Shown: piece by piece, positions 54,120 through 64,000 of the stretch | Layout: each line of letters starts with the position of its first letter | Position numbering within the stretch: the stretch's first letter is position 1 | DNA from: an uncultured delta proteobacterium | Lineage (GTDB): Bacteria; Myxococcota; Myxococcia; Myxococcales; Anaeromyxobacteraceae | Direction of reading: 5' to 3' | NCBI GenBank assembly: GCA_963766715.1 | Contig: CAVYBH010000008.1 | Coordinates: 448,001 to 512,000, forward strand | DNA: 64,000 bases | Translations under genes and position numbers: made by a program | The notes under the pieces: generated by a model | Told to the model about the DNA's origin: nothing | Databases searched by the model: none | Seen by the model: the letters and a program-made list of their open reading frames with translations, nothing else

Positions 54120-55331
54120 TCAGCGGTACCCGAGGGCGGCGAGGAAGCCCTTGATGACCACCGCGTTCGCGAGGTCGAGGAAGAACGCACCCACGAGCGG
54201 CACCACCACGAAGGCCACGCGGGAGGGGCCGAAGCGCCCGGTGACCGCCTGCATGTTGGCGATGGCGGTGGGCGTCCCTCCCAGCCCGAACCCGCACTGA
54301 CCCGCGCCCAGGACCACGGCGTCGTAGCTCCCTCCCATCGCGGGGAAGGTGACCTTCACGACCCAGACCGCCATGAGCGCGGTCTGCGCCGCCAGGAGGA
54401 GGAGCACCGGGAGGGCGAGGTCGGCGAGCTCCCAGAGCCGGAGCGTCATGAGGGCCATGGCGAGGAAGAGGGCCAGGCTGACGTTCCCGACCACCGAGAC
54501 GGCCCGGTCGAAGGGCTCGTAGCCGGCGACCCAGGAGAGCGTGTTGCGCAGGACCACGCCCACGAAGAGCACCGGGACGAAGACCGGCAGCTCGAGGGCC
54601 GAGCCGGCGAGCGCCCCGGCCACGACCTGCCCGAGCCAGAGGCAGACCGCGATGAGGGCGAGCGTCTCGACCAGCGCCGGCGCGGTGATGAGCCGGACCG
54701 ACGCCGGCTGCTCGAAGCCGACGGGGGCGGCCTCCGGGACCGCCGCGACCGCGGGCGGGTGCTTGCGCTTCATGAGCCAGCCCGCCACCGGCCCGCCGGT
54801 CACCCCGCCCAGCACGAGCCCGAAGGTGGCGCTGGCGACGCCGATCTCGGTGGCCGAGGGGAGCCCGCCCGCGCCCCCGAAGACCGCGCCCCAGGCGGCC
54901 GCCGTGCCGTGGCCGCCGGAGAGGGCGATGCTCCCGGCGAGCAGCCCCACCCGGGGATCGAGCCCGAGCAGGAACGCCAGGGCGACGCCGAGCAGGTTCT
55001 GGACGAGCAGGAACGCCAGCACCACGCCCAGGAAGCGGACCAGCGTCCGCCCTCCCGCGCGCAGGCTCTTCAGATCCGCCCCGAGCCCGATGGTGGCGAA
55101 GAAGGCCAGCATGAAGGGCGTCTGCAGCGTGGTGTCGAAGCGGAGGTGGAGGCCGGCGCCGGAGTGGGCGGCGAGCAGCAGGAGCGCGGCGGCCACCCCG
55201 CCGGCGACGGGCTCGGGGATGCTGAAGGTCCGGAGCGGCGCGATCCGCGCCACCATCGTCCGGCCGGCGAGCAGGACGAGCGACGCCGCGACGAAGGTCT
55301 GGTAGCCGTCGAGCCGGATGGCGGACGCCAT
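54120..55331 (-). CDS. gltS: Sodium/glutamate symporter
   Basis: FSIPEPVAGG, FFATIGL, GSIALSGGHGTAAAW, GFGLGGTPTAIANM, VPLVGAFFLD. Confidence 0.93.
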   Translation of the reverse strand: MASAIRLDGYQTFVAASLVLLAGRTMVARIAPLRTFSIPEPVAGGVAAALLLLAAHSGAGLHLRFDTTLQTPFMLAFFATIGLGADLKSLRAGGRTLVRFLGVVLAFLLVQNLLGVALAFLLGLDPRVGLLAGSIALSGGHGTAAAWGAVFGGAGGLPSATEIGVASATFGLVLGGVTGGPVAGWLMKRKHPPAVAAVPEAAPVGFEQPASVRLITAPALVETLALIAVCLWLGQVVAGALAGSALELPVFVPVLFVGVVLRNTLSWVAGYEPFDRAVSVVGNVSLALFLAMALMTLRLWELADLALPVLLLLAAQTALMAVWVVKVTFPAMGGSYDAVVLGAGQCGFGLGGTPTAIANMQAVTGRFGPSRVAFVVVPLVGAFFLDLANAVVIKGFLAALGYR

Positions 55332-55362
55332 TCGCGGTCAGTGAAACCGGATCCGGCGGCCC

Positions 55363-56013
55363 TCAGGGGGCGACGGGCACCCGCGGCGCGTCGGCCCAGA
55401 GCCCCTCGAGATCGTAGAAGCCGCGCGCGTCGGGCGACATGACGTGGATCACCACGTCGCCGAAGTCGAGGAGCACCCAGCCGCCGCCGCTCTTGCCCTC
55501 CGCCCCGAGCCGCTGGGCGCCCAGGCCGGTGAGCCGGTCGTCGATGAAGTCGGCCACGGCCGCCGCCTGGCGGTCGCTGTCGGCGGAGAGGATGACGAAG
55601 TAGTCGGCGACGCCGGAGAGCCCCCGCACGTCGAGGATCACCGGGTTCTCCGCCTTCTTGTCGAGCGCGGCGTCGACCGCCGCGAGCGCGCGGACCTGCC
55701 CGTCGTCGGGCGGAAGGCGGGCGGGGGCGACGGGGGCCGACACCGGCGCGGCGGCGGGCGCCGCCTTGCGCGGCGCGAGCTTCGCCTTGGGCCGCAGCGT
55801 GGCCCGCTTCAGCCCGGGGCGGGCCGCCGGGGCCGCCGGCTGTCCCTTGCGCCCCTCGGCGGGTCGCGGCGCCTTGCCGACGAAGAAGCGCTTCGCGGGA
55901 CCCTTGCCCTTCGCGCCCGGCCGGGCCTTCGCCCCGGCACGCTTCGCGGGGCCCGACCTCGCGCCTCCGCCCTTCGCCTTCGCCGGCTTCCTCGCCTTCG
56001 TGACCTTCGCCAT
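55363..56013 (-). CDS. rsfS: Ribosome silencing factor with a ~100-aa basic N-extension
   Basis: LDKKAENPVILDV..ADYFVI, WVLLDFGDVVIHV..RGFYDLEGLW. Confidence 0.92.
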   Translation of the reverse strand: MAKVTKARKPAKAKGGGARSGPAKRAGAKARPGAKGKGPAKRFFVGKAPRPAEGRKGQPAAPAARPGLKRATLRPKAKLAPRKAAPAAAPVSAPVAPARLPPDDGQVRALAAVDAALDKKAENPVILDVRGLSGVADYFVILSADSDRQAAAVADFIDDRLTGLGAQRLGAEGKSGGGWVLLDFGDVVIHVMSPDARGFYDLEGLWADAPRVPVAP

Positions 56014-56028
56014 GCTTTCGTTTCCTCT

Positions 56029-57312
56029 CTAGCTTCGGACGTGCCCGCGCCCCTCGACCACGTACTTCTGCGTGGTGAGCTCCTCGAGCCCCATGGGGCC
56101 GAACGCGTGCAGCTTGGTGGTGCTGATGCCGATCTCGGCGCCGAGCCCCAGCTCGCCGCCGTCGTTGAACCGGGTGGAGGCGTTCACCATCACCGCGCTC
56201 GCCTCCACCTCCCGCTCGAAGCGGCGCGCCGCCGCCAGGTCGTTGGTGAGGATGGCCTCGGTGTGGAGGGAGCCGTAGCGCGCGATGTGCGCCAGCGCGC
56301 CGTCGAGGTCCCCGACCACCCGCACGGCCAGGATCCGGTCGAGGAACTCCTTGCCGAAGTCCTCCTCGCAGGCGGCGATGGCGGGCACGCCGGCCCGGCC
56401 CAGGATGGCGAGCGCGGTGGGGTCGCAGCGCAGCTCGACGCCCCGGTCGGCGAGCGCGCGCCCCACGGCCGGCAGGAGCCGGTCGGCGGCGGCGCGGTGC
56501 ACGAGGAGGCACTCGGTGGCGTTGCAGACCCCGGGGCGCTGGACCTTGCCGTTCACGGCGAGCGCGACGGCGTCGTCGACCCGTGCGCTCTCGTCGAGGA
56601 AGAGGTGGCAGACCCCCTGGTAGTGCTTCACCACGGGTACGCGGGAGCGCTCGGCCACGGCGCGGATGAGCCCCGTCCCCCCGCGCGGGATGGCCAGGTC
56701 GATGAGGTCGTCGAGGGCCAGCAGCTCGAAGGTGGCCTCGCGGTCGGCCACCGGGACCACCTGGGCGGCGGCTCCGGGCAGGCCTGCCTCCTCGAGCCCC
56801 TCGGCGAAGGCCTCGCCCAGCGCCAGCGAGGAGGCCAGCGCGTCCGACCCGGGGCGCAGGATGCAGGCGTTCCCGCTCTTCACGCAGAGCGCGGCCGCCT
56901 CGGCGGTCACGTTGGGGCGGGCCTCGTACACCATGAGCACCACGCCCAGCGGGATGCGCACCTTCTTGATGGAGAGGCCGTTCGGGCGGGACCAGCTCCG
57001 GGTCACCTCGCCCACCGGGTCGGGCAGGTCCGCCACCTCGAGGAGCGCGGCGGCGATCCCGTCGAGCCGCTCGTCGTCGAGGGTGAGCCGGTCGAGGAAG
57101 GCGTCGGTGGCGCCAGCCGCCCGGGCGGCGTCGAGGTCGGCGCGGTTGGCCTCCAGGATGGCGGCGCGGCGCGCCCGGATGGCGGCCGCGGCGGCGCGGA
57201 GCGCGCGGTCCTTCTGCTCGGTGGAGGCGCGGGCCAGCACGCGGGCGGCGCGCTTCGCCTCGGCGGCCAGGGAACGCATGCGAAGCGCCAGGCCGGGCGC
57301 GGTCGCGGTCAT
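56029..57312 (-). CDS. proA: Gamma-glutamyl phosphate reductase
   Basis: [52 protein letters not shown]. Confidence 0.96.
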   Translation of the reverse strand: MTATAPGLALRMRSLAAEAKRAARVLARASTEQKDRALRAAAAAIRARRAAILEANRADLDAARAAGATDAFLDRLTLDDERLDGIAAALLEVADLPDPVGEVTRSWSRPNGLSIKKVRIPLGVVLMVYEARPNVTAEAAALCVKSGNACILRPGSDALASSLALGEAFAEGLEEAGLPGAAAQVVPVADREATFELLALDDLIDLAIPRGGTGLIRAVAERSRVPVVKHYQGVCHLFLDESARVDDAVALAVNGKVQRPGVCNATECLLVHRAAADRLLPAVGRALADRGVELRCDPTALAILGRAGVPAIAACEEDFGKEFLDRILAVRVVGDLDGALAHIARYGSLHTEAILTNDLAAARRFEREVEASAVMVNASTRFNDGGELGLGAEIGISTTKLHAFGPMGLEELTTQKYVVEGRGHVRS

Positions 57313-58457
57313 CTCGTCGCCTCCCGACCCGCGTCGGTGAGGACCATGTCGTTCCGGTGGACCACCTCGTCCAGGTACTTATAGCCCAGCGTCCGCTCGA
57401 TCTCGCTCGACTTGAGGCCGGCGATCCGGCGCACCTCGTCGGCCCCGTAGCCGGCCAGCCCCCGGGCGAAGGGGGCCTCCCCTTCCACGGCGATGTCGAC
57501 GGGGTCCCCGATGCCGAAGCTGCCCTCCACCCCCCGGACCCCGGACGGGAGCAGGCTCCTGCCCTGGCCCGCGAGCGCCTTCCGGGCCCCGGCGTCGACC
57601 AGGATGGTCCCCTTGCCCCGGGCGGCCAGCATGAGCCACTCCCGCCGGCCGGCCCGCCGCTCGGCCGCGGGGGCGAAGTAGGTTCCCACCGGGTCGCCGG
57701 CGAGCAGCGCGGCGAGGGCGCCGGGTCGCCGGCCGGAGAGGAGCGCCGTGCCCACGCCCTGGGCGGCCAGCCGCTTGGCGGCCGCGATCTTGGTGGCCAT
57801 CCCCCCCACGCTCCGCTCGCTGCCGGCGCCGCCGGCCATCCGCTCCACCTCGGCGGTGACGCGGGGGACGTCGGAGAGGAGGCGGGCGCCCGGCGAGCGG
57901 GGATCGCGGTCGTAGAGCCCCTCGACGTCGGTGAGCATGACCACCAGGTCCGCGCCGACGCAGGTGGCGACCAGCGCCGCCAGGCTGTCGTTGTCGCCGA
58001 CCTTGATCTCCTCGATGGCCACCGTGTCGTTCTCGTTCACGACCGGAACGACCCCGTGCTCGAGCAGCTTCTCGAAGGTGTGCCGCGCGTTCAGGAACCG
58101 CTTGCGGCTGGCCAGGTCCTCGGCGGTGAGGAGCACCTGGGCCACCTGCCGCCGGTGGGCGCCGAGCGCGCGCCCCCACTCGGCCATCAGGTCGGGCTGC
58201 CCGACCGCCGCGGCGGCCTGCTTGGTGGCGATGTCCCAGGACTTGCGCGGGGAGCGCACCAGCCCGAGCCGCTCCGCCCCGAGCGCGATGGCGCCGGAGG
58301 AGACGACCACCAGGCCGTGGCGTCCGGCCAGGTCGGCCAGCTCCTGCGACAGCCGCTCGCAGTTCTGGCGATTGAAGCGTGCCGCCGCGTCGGTCAGGGT
58401 TCCGGTGCCCACCTTGACGACGAGGCGGCGCGTCTTTCCCAGGGATTGGCGGGGCAC
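57309..58457 (-). CDS. proB: Glutamate 5-kinase with PUA domain
   Basis: VVKVGT, VSSGAI, AAAAVGQ, VNENDTV, GDNDSL, GGMATKI. Confidence 0.96.
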   Translation of the reverse strand: MPRQSLGKTRRLVVKVGTGTLTDAAARFNRQNCERLSQELADLAGRHGLVVVSSGAIALGAERLGLVRSPRKSWDIATKQAAAAVGQPDLMAEWGRALGAHRRQVAQVLLTAEDLASRKRFLNARHTFEKLLEHGVVPVVNENDTVAIEEIKVGDNDSLAALVATCVGADLVVMLTDVEGLYDRDPRSPGARLLSDVPRVTAEVERMAGGAGSERSVGGMATKIAAAKRLAAQGVGTALLSGRRPGALAALLAGDPVGTYFAPAAERRAGRREWLMLAARGKGTILVDAGARKALAGQGRSLLPSGVRGVEGSFGIGDPVDIAVEGEAPFARGLAGYGADEVRRIAGLKSSEIERTLGYKYLDEVVHRNDMVLTDAGREATR

Positions 58458-58612
58458 GGCGCCATCTTACGCGAGGGCGGGGGCCGGGGCACAGGGCGGC
58501 CCACGCCCCCCGGCATGCCCCTGGCGCGCCCCCTGGGCGAGCGGGTGGCCCCATCCGAGGTGGTTGCCTTCCTCCCGCGGCGGCATAGACGCAAGGGGAG
58601 GAGGAAGACCCC

Positions 58613-59112
58613 ATGATTGACCATTTGACCCTCAAGGTGAGCGACTACGCGCGGAGCAAGCCCTTCTACGCCGCCGCGCTGAAGCCGCTCGGCTACGTCG
58701 TGGCCATGGAGTACGGCGGTGGATGCGGGCTGGGGGTCCCGGGGAAGCCCGACCTCTGGCTGTTCCAGGACCTCCAGAACACGCGCCCCACGCACGTCGC
58801 CTTCCGCGCCGAGAGTCGCGACGCGGTGGACGCGTTCCACGAGGCCGCCATGGGCGCCGGCGCGCGAGACAACGGCCGCCCGGGGATCCGGAAGGACTAC
58901 CACCCGAGCTACTACGCCGCGTTCGTCCTCGATCCGGACGGCCACAACGTGGAGGCGGTGTGCCACGCGCCTCCCCCGCCGAAGGCGAAGCGCGCGACGA
59001 AGCTGCGACGAAGGGCGCGAAGGCAGGGGCCAAGGCGAAGGGAGCGACGCCGCGCGCGGGGACGCGAGCCAGGCCCGCGGCCCGGAAGGGCGCCCGGCGG
59101 CCGCGCGGGTGA
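58613..59112 (+). CDS. VOC family protein with a Lys/Ala/Arg-rich C-tail; indel ~59005
   Basis: MIDHLTL, FYAAALKPLG, HVAFRA, YYAAFVLDPDGHNVEAVCH; tail completed by the frame of ORF 58723..59112. Confidence 0.85.
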
Positions 59113-59125
59113 TCCGGCTCGAGCT

Positions 59126-60943
59126 TCACGTTCCGTCAGCGGGCAGGTTCAGCTTCCGGAGCAGCGCCCCGTATCGGGGGTCGCCCCGGATCGATGCGAG
59201 CAGCGGGTCGACCTTGATCCAGCCGAGCCCGGTGTCCGCCTGGACGCGCGCCCGCTCGAGCCACTCGAAGGCCTTGTCCTTCTCGCCGCGCCAGGCGTGG
59301 ACCTCGGCGATCTGGTAGGCCGAGTCTCCGGCATGGGCGGCGACGAGGGCGTCGAGCGCGGCCTGCGACTCTCGCGGGTGGCCGAGGGCGTGCTGGGCCA
59401 TCGCCACGCCCGGCAGGCGGATCCAGGCCATCTGCGAGCGCTCGGCCTCGGTGAGCGCCAGCTCGGCGCGTCCGGTGACGATCAGGTCCGCGTAGAGGTA
59501 ATAGCGGGCCTCGTCGAGTTGCGGCGCGATCTCCAGCGCCTTCGCCAGGCTCGCCCGCCCGCGCTCGTGCTCTCCTGAGGAGGTCTGGACCTGGCCCAGG
59601 GTGGTCCAGGCCTGTGCGGAGAGGGGGTCGAGCTCGACGGCCCTGGACAGCTCGGCGGCCGCATCCGGCAGGTTGCCCATCGTCATGAGCATCTGCCCGT
59701 TCACCCAGGCCACGGAGGCGTCGCCCGGCCCGAGCCGTCGTGCCCTCTCGAGGTCGGCACGCGCACCGGCCCAGTCGAGGAGGAAGCCGCGCCGGATCCT
59801 GGCCCGTGCGACGTAGCCGTCGGACAGGTCCGGGCCGAGCGAGATGGCGCGCTCAGCGGCCTCCAGAGCCCGCCGGCGTCGGGCGGGGTCGTTCGGCCCG
59901 TCGACCGCGAACCCCTCGATCCAGCGGAGCGTGTTGGCGATGCCCGCCCAGGCCTGCGCGTAGCTCGGATCGAGCGCGGTGGCCTTCTCGAACTCGGACA
60001 GGGCCCGCACGGCCTTGGCCCCGTCCCCCGTCCGGACCAGGTCGCGCCCGAGCAGGTAGTGGTCATAGGCCTCCCGGACTGGCGTCGCGCCCCGGGAGGG
60101 CCCCCCTTGCCCGGGGAGGAGCTTCACCTTGAGTGCGTCAACGACGGCGTGGGCGATCTCGTCCTGGACCGCGAACACGTCGGAGAGGTCGCGGTCGAAC
60201 GTCTTCGACCAGAGGTGGAACCCGTCCGCGGTCTTGACGAGCTGGGCCGTGATGCGAACCCGGGTGCCCGCCTTGCGGACGCTCCCCTCCAGCACGGTCG
60301 CCACCCCGAGCTTCTGGCCGATGGCGCGAAGGTCGTCGGCCCTCCCCTTGAAGGAGAAGGACGACGTCCTCCCGGACACGCGCAGCCCGTCCATCTGGGC
60401 CAGCGCATTGAGCACCTCCTCGGCGATGCCGTCCGAGAAGTACTCCTGGTCCTTCCCTGGGCTCATGTCCACGAAGGGGAGCACTGCGATCGACGGGGGC
60501 GTCGCCTGGGGACCGTCGACCCGACGAAGCGCGAACGCCGCCAGTCCCGCGCCCAGGAGGATGCTCGCCACGACCAGCCCACCCAGGGCGAGGCGGCGGC
60601 GCGACGCCGGGACGGATCCGCCTGCGGGAGGGGGAGTCACCGTGATCCCGCCTGCGCGGAGGTCGAAGACCCACGCCAGGACGCTCGTGATCGGGAAGCC
60701 GGCGGCGAGCGCCCAGATGACGGCGCGCAGGGTCCAGTCGGGCAGGTCGAGCCCGTGCATCATCGGCTCGACGACCTGGAGCACGGCGAAGGCGAAGACG
60801 CCCCAGCCGAGGAGCGCGCGGAAGATCCTGCGGCGCCTCAGCTCGGCGACCAGCGCCGCGATCCCCTGCGGCCGGGAATCCTTCCCGTCGGGCGGGCACG
60901 ACGCCGGTGAATCGCTGCGGTCGGGCCCTCCCTGCTCCCCCAC
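59126..60943 (-). CDS. Membrane protein with TolB-N/FlgO-like domain and TPRs (start uncertain)
   Basis: ELRRRRIFR plus three TM helices; SIAVLPFVDMS..QEYFSDGIAEE, LEGSVRK, HLWSKTFDR; TPRs; DPLLASIRGDPRY. Confidence 0.85.
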   Translation of the reverse strand: MGEQGGPDRSDSPASCPPDGKDSRPQGIAALVAELRRRRIFRALLGWGVFAFAVLQVVEPMMHGLDLPDWTLRAVIWALAAGFPITSVLAWVFDLRAGGITVTPPPAGGSVPASRRRLALGGLVVASILLGAGLAAFALRRVDGPQATPPSIAVLPFVDMSPGKDQEYFSDGIAEEVLNALAQMDGLRVSGRTSSFSFKGRADDLRAIGQKLGVATVLEGSVRKAGTRVRITAQLVKTADGFHLWSKTFDRDLSDVFAVQDEIAHAVVDALKVKLLPGQGGPSRGATPVREAYDHYLLGRDLVRTGDGAKAVRALSEFEKATALDPSYAQAWAGIANTLRWIEGFAVDGPNDPARRRRALEAAERAISLGPDLSDGYVARARIRRGFLLDWAGARADLERARRLGPGDASVAWVNGQMLMTMGNLPDAAAELSRAVELDPLSAQAWTTLGQVQTSSGEHERGRASLAKALEIAPQLDEARYYLYADLIVTGRAELALTEAERSQMAWIRLPGVAMAQHALGHPRESQAALDALVAAHAGDSAYQIAEVHAWRGEKDKAFEWLERARVQADTGLGWIKVDPLLASIRGDPRYGALLRKLNLPADGT

Positions 60944-61034
60944 GGTGCACCCCCGAAGAGCAGCGAGCATAACAGGGCGACGACCCGTTTCACGGGACGG
61001 CCCTGGCCGATTCCGGGTTAAGCCTCCCCCCAGG

Positions 61035-62307
61035 ATGCCCAGGACCGACCTCTCCCTCGCCGAGGCCCGGCGGATCGCGCTCGCCGCCCAGGGCTTCGGC
61101 CGTCCGCGTCCTTCCCGGGCGGTCCGCGCGGCCGATCTCCTCGCCACGGTGCGGCGGCTCGGCCTGCTCCAGATCGACTACGTGACCGTGGTGGTCCCGG
61201 CGCAGTACCAGGTGCTCTTCGCGCGCCACGGCCCGTTCGACCGGTCGCTCCTCGACTCCCTCCTCCGCCGCGTCGACCTCGTCGAGCAGTGGGCCCACGA
61301 GGCCTCGATCGTGCCGGTGGAGGCCTGGCCGCTGCTCGCCCACCGGCGGGAGACGCACCGGCCGCGCCCCTGGGGGTTCCAGGAGCGGCTCGACGCGATG
61401 CCCGAATACGTGGCGCAGGTCCTGTCCGAGATCCGGGAGCGCGGCGCGCTCGCCGCCGACGACCTCCACGACCCGGCCGGCCACCCGGCCCGGCTCGAGC
61501 ACTCCTGGTTCGGGAGCGTGCGCCGGGCCACGCTGGAGGCGCTCTTCGGGCGCGGGGTGCTCGCGGTGGCGGAGCGGCGCCCCGACTTCGCCCGCCTCTA
61601 CGACCTGGCCGAGCGGGTCGTGCCGCCCTCGCACCTCGGGCGCGCCATCGATCGCCAGGCCGCCGAGCGTCAGCTCCTCGCCACCGCGGCCCGGGCCCAC
61701 GGCGTGGCCACCGCCGGCGACCTCGCGGACTACTGGCGCATGCCGGTGCGGGACGCCCGGCCGCGCATCGCCGAGCTGGCCGAGGCACGGCGAGCTCGTC
61801 CCTGCCCGCGTGGAGGGCTGGCGGGAGCCGGCCTGGGTTCACCGGGAGGCGAAGGCGCCGGCCCGGATCGACGGCGCGGCGCTCCTCTCGCCCTTCGACC
61901 CGCTCGTCTGGACCCGGCGGCGGACCGCGCGCCTCTTCGGCTTCGAGTACCGGCTCGAGATCTTCGTGCCGGAGGCCAAGCGGCAGTTCGGCGCCTACGT
62001 GCTGCCGATCCTGCTCGGCGATCGGCTGGTGGGGCGGCTCGACCTCAAGGCCGATCGGGCCCGCGACCGGCTGCTCGTGAAGGGCGCCCACGTCGAGCCC
62101 GGCGAGGCGCCGGGGCCCGTGGCGGAGGCCGCCGGTGTCGAGCTCGAATCCCTGGCGTCGTGGCTCGGGCTGGGCTCCGTCGCGGTGACGCGGCGCGGAT
62201 CGCTCGCCCGGGCCCTCGCCGCCGCCGTCCGGGTGGCCTCCGGGGCGCGGCGTGGCTATGTTCGAGGCCAAACATGCAAGAAGTCCACGGCAACACGCTC
62301 GGCCTGA
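61035..62307 (+). CDS. YcaQ/AlkZ-like winged-helix DNA glycosylase; frameshift ~61790
   Basis: Manual translation [17 protein letters not shown] (QxD), EQWAHEAS; C-half [34 protein letters not shown]. Confidence 0.85.
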
Positions 62308-64000
62308 AGCAGAGCCAGCTGCACGCGCTCCGTCGCACCTACCGCCGCCGGGTCGACGCCGGACAGGTGGTCTCGCCGGAGATGGCCCGGCACCTCACCG
62401 AGATCTCGCGCGAGACCAACCGGCAGGTGGGCGTCCTGCTCGACCGCAAGGGCGACGTCTTCGGGGTCATCGTCGGGGACGCCGGCAAGCTCACCCTGCC
62501 CGACGTGGGGCGCGCCCGGGCCGGCTCCCACCGCCTCCGCGGACTGCGGCTCGTGCACACGCACCTGCGCGGCGAGCCGCTCAGCCGCGACGACCACACC
62601 GACCTCGCGCTGCTCCGCCTCGACTCGGTCACCGCGCTCGAGGTGAAGGAGGACGGGCTCCCCGGGAAGGTCCACCTGGCCCACCTGCTGCCGGAGAACC
62701 CGCAGGGCGCGCTCTGGAAGGACGAGCTCGCCCCGTCGGTGCACGACCTCGACTACGACGCGGTCTCGGGGCCGCTGGCGCTCGAGGAGGAGTTCGCCCG
62801 CGCGTCCGCGCTGCGCCGCACCGGCGGCCGGGAGCGCGCCATCCTGGTCGGGGTGGGCGGCGGCAAGGGCCGGGGGCGCGCCGAGGCCGAGAGCTCGCTC
62901 GCCGAGCTCCGGGAGCTCGCCCGCACGGCGGGCGTGGAGGTCATCGACGCGTCGGTGCAGATGCGCCGCGATCCCGACCCTCGCACCCTCATCGGAAAGG
63001 GGAAGCTCGAGGACATCCTGCTCCGGTCGATGCAGCTCATGGCCGACGTGATCATCTTCGACGCCGACCTCTCCCCCTCGCAGGCCATCCACATCGCCGA
63101 CGCCACCGCCCTCAAGATCCTCGACCGGACCCAGCTCATCCTCGACATCTTCGCGCAGCGGGCCCAGTCGGCCGACGGCAAGCTGCAGGTGGAGCTGGCG
63201 CAGCTCGAGTACCTGTACCCGCGCCTCGTCGGGCGCGACGACTCGCTCTCGCGGCTGGCGGGCGGCATCGGCGGGCGCGGCCCCGGCGAGACCAAGCTCG
63301 AGATCGACCGCCGCCGGGTGCGCGACCGGATCACGCAGCTCAAGCGGCGCATCGACGCGCTCTCCACCGACCGCCAGGTCCGGCGCAAGCGGCGCAACGC
63401 CCGCGGCCTGCCGGTCATCTCCATCGTGGGCTACACCAACGCCGGCAAGTCCACGCTGCTCAACGCGCTCACCGAGTCGGAGGTGCTGGCCGAGGACAAG
63501 CTCTTCGCCACGCTCGACCCCACCAGCCGGCGGCTGCGCTTCCCGCGCGACCGCGAGGTGATCATCACCGACACGGTGGGCTTCATCCGCGACCTGCCCG
63601 AGGACCTGATCTCGGCCTTCCGCGCCACGCTCGAGGAGCTCGACGACGCCGACCTCCTGCTCCACGTCGCCGACGCGGCCGACCCGAACCTCGACGCCCA
63701 CGTGGCGGCGGTCGAGAAGATCCTGGGCGACCTCGGGCTCCTCGAGACCCCGCGCCTGCTGGTGCTCAACAAGGTGGACCGGCTGGCGCCCGGCGAGGGG
63801 GCGGCGATCGCCGCCGCGCGCGGGGGCGTCGCCATCTCGGCCTCGACCCGCGCCCGGCTCCCGGAGCTGCTCCACCGCTGCGACCAGGTGCTCTGGAAGG
63901 ACGGGCGCGCCACCCTCGCCGACGTGTCGCGCAGCGCCGCCGAGAGCCAGCCCGAGCCGCCGCGGATCCTGCCGTCGGCGCCGCCCCGGCTCCGGGAAGG
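62274..64000 (+). CDS. hflX: GTPase HflX, long form, 3'-partial
   Basis: Not in the ORF track because no stop falls in the window. [53 protein letters not shown]. Confidence 0.93.
   Translation, partial: MQEVHGNTLGLKQSQLHALRRTYRRRVDAGQVVSPEMARHLTEISRETNRQVGVLLDRKGDVFGVIVGDAGKLTLPDVGRARAGSHRLRGLRLVHTHLRGEPLSRDDHTDLALLRLDSVTALEVKEDGLPGKVHLAHLLPENPQGALWKDELAPSVHDLDYDAVSGPLALEEEFARASALRRTGGRERAILVGVGGGKGRGRAEAESSLAELRELARTAGVEVIDASVQMRRDPDPRTLIGKGKLEDILLRSMQLMADVIIFDADLSPSQAIHIADATALKILDRTQLILDIFAQRAQSADGKLQVELAQLEYLYPRLVGRDDSLSRLAGGIGGRGPGETKLEIDRRRVRDRITQLKRRIDALSTDRQVRRKRRNARGLPVISIVGYTNAGKSTLLNALTESEVLAEDKLFATLDPTSRRLRFPRDREVIITDTVGFIRDLPEDLISAFRATLEELDDADLLLHVADAADPNLDAHVAAVEKILGDLGLLETPRLLVLNKVDRLAPGEGAAIAAARGGVAISASTRARLPELLHRCDQVLWKDGRATLADVSRSAAESQPEPPRILPSAPPRLRE

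Overview
Very GC-rich bacterial chromosomal window. Gene content (oar-like TonB-dependent transporter with tonB-exbB-exbD-exbD, FrgA-like and DnaJ/TPR proteins, PFOR/KorAB, an apparent selenoprotein) suggests a myxobacterium, probably Anaeromyxobacter-like; this is an inference. It holds about 52 protein genes and no recognisable tRNA, rRNA, CRISPR array or mobile element. About two dozen 1-bp indels split otherwise intact genes, including core ones, and look like long-read consensus errors, so many ORF-track entries are fragments or false fusions. Most interesting: (1) a tandem pair of ~1,230-aa secreted TPR-DUF3857-transglutaminase-like paralogues, one with an intact Cys-His-Asp triad and one that has lost it; (2) a DsbA/FrnE-like gene with an in-frame TGA in a UxxC motif followed by a SECIS-like hairpin, missed by the ORF track; (3) a propeptide-less kexin-like lipoprotein protease followed by an Aeromonas ORF2-like external chaperone; (4) basic low-complexity tails on four unrelated proteins; (5) a recurring -10-like box 6 nt before start codons, suggesting leaderless mRNAs; (6) a possible glycolipid synthesis cluster.
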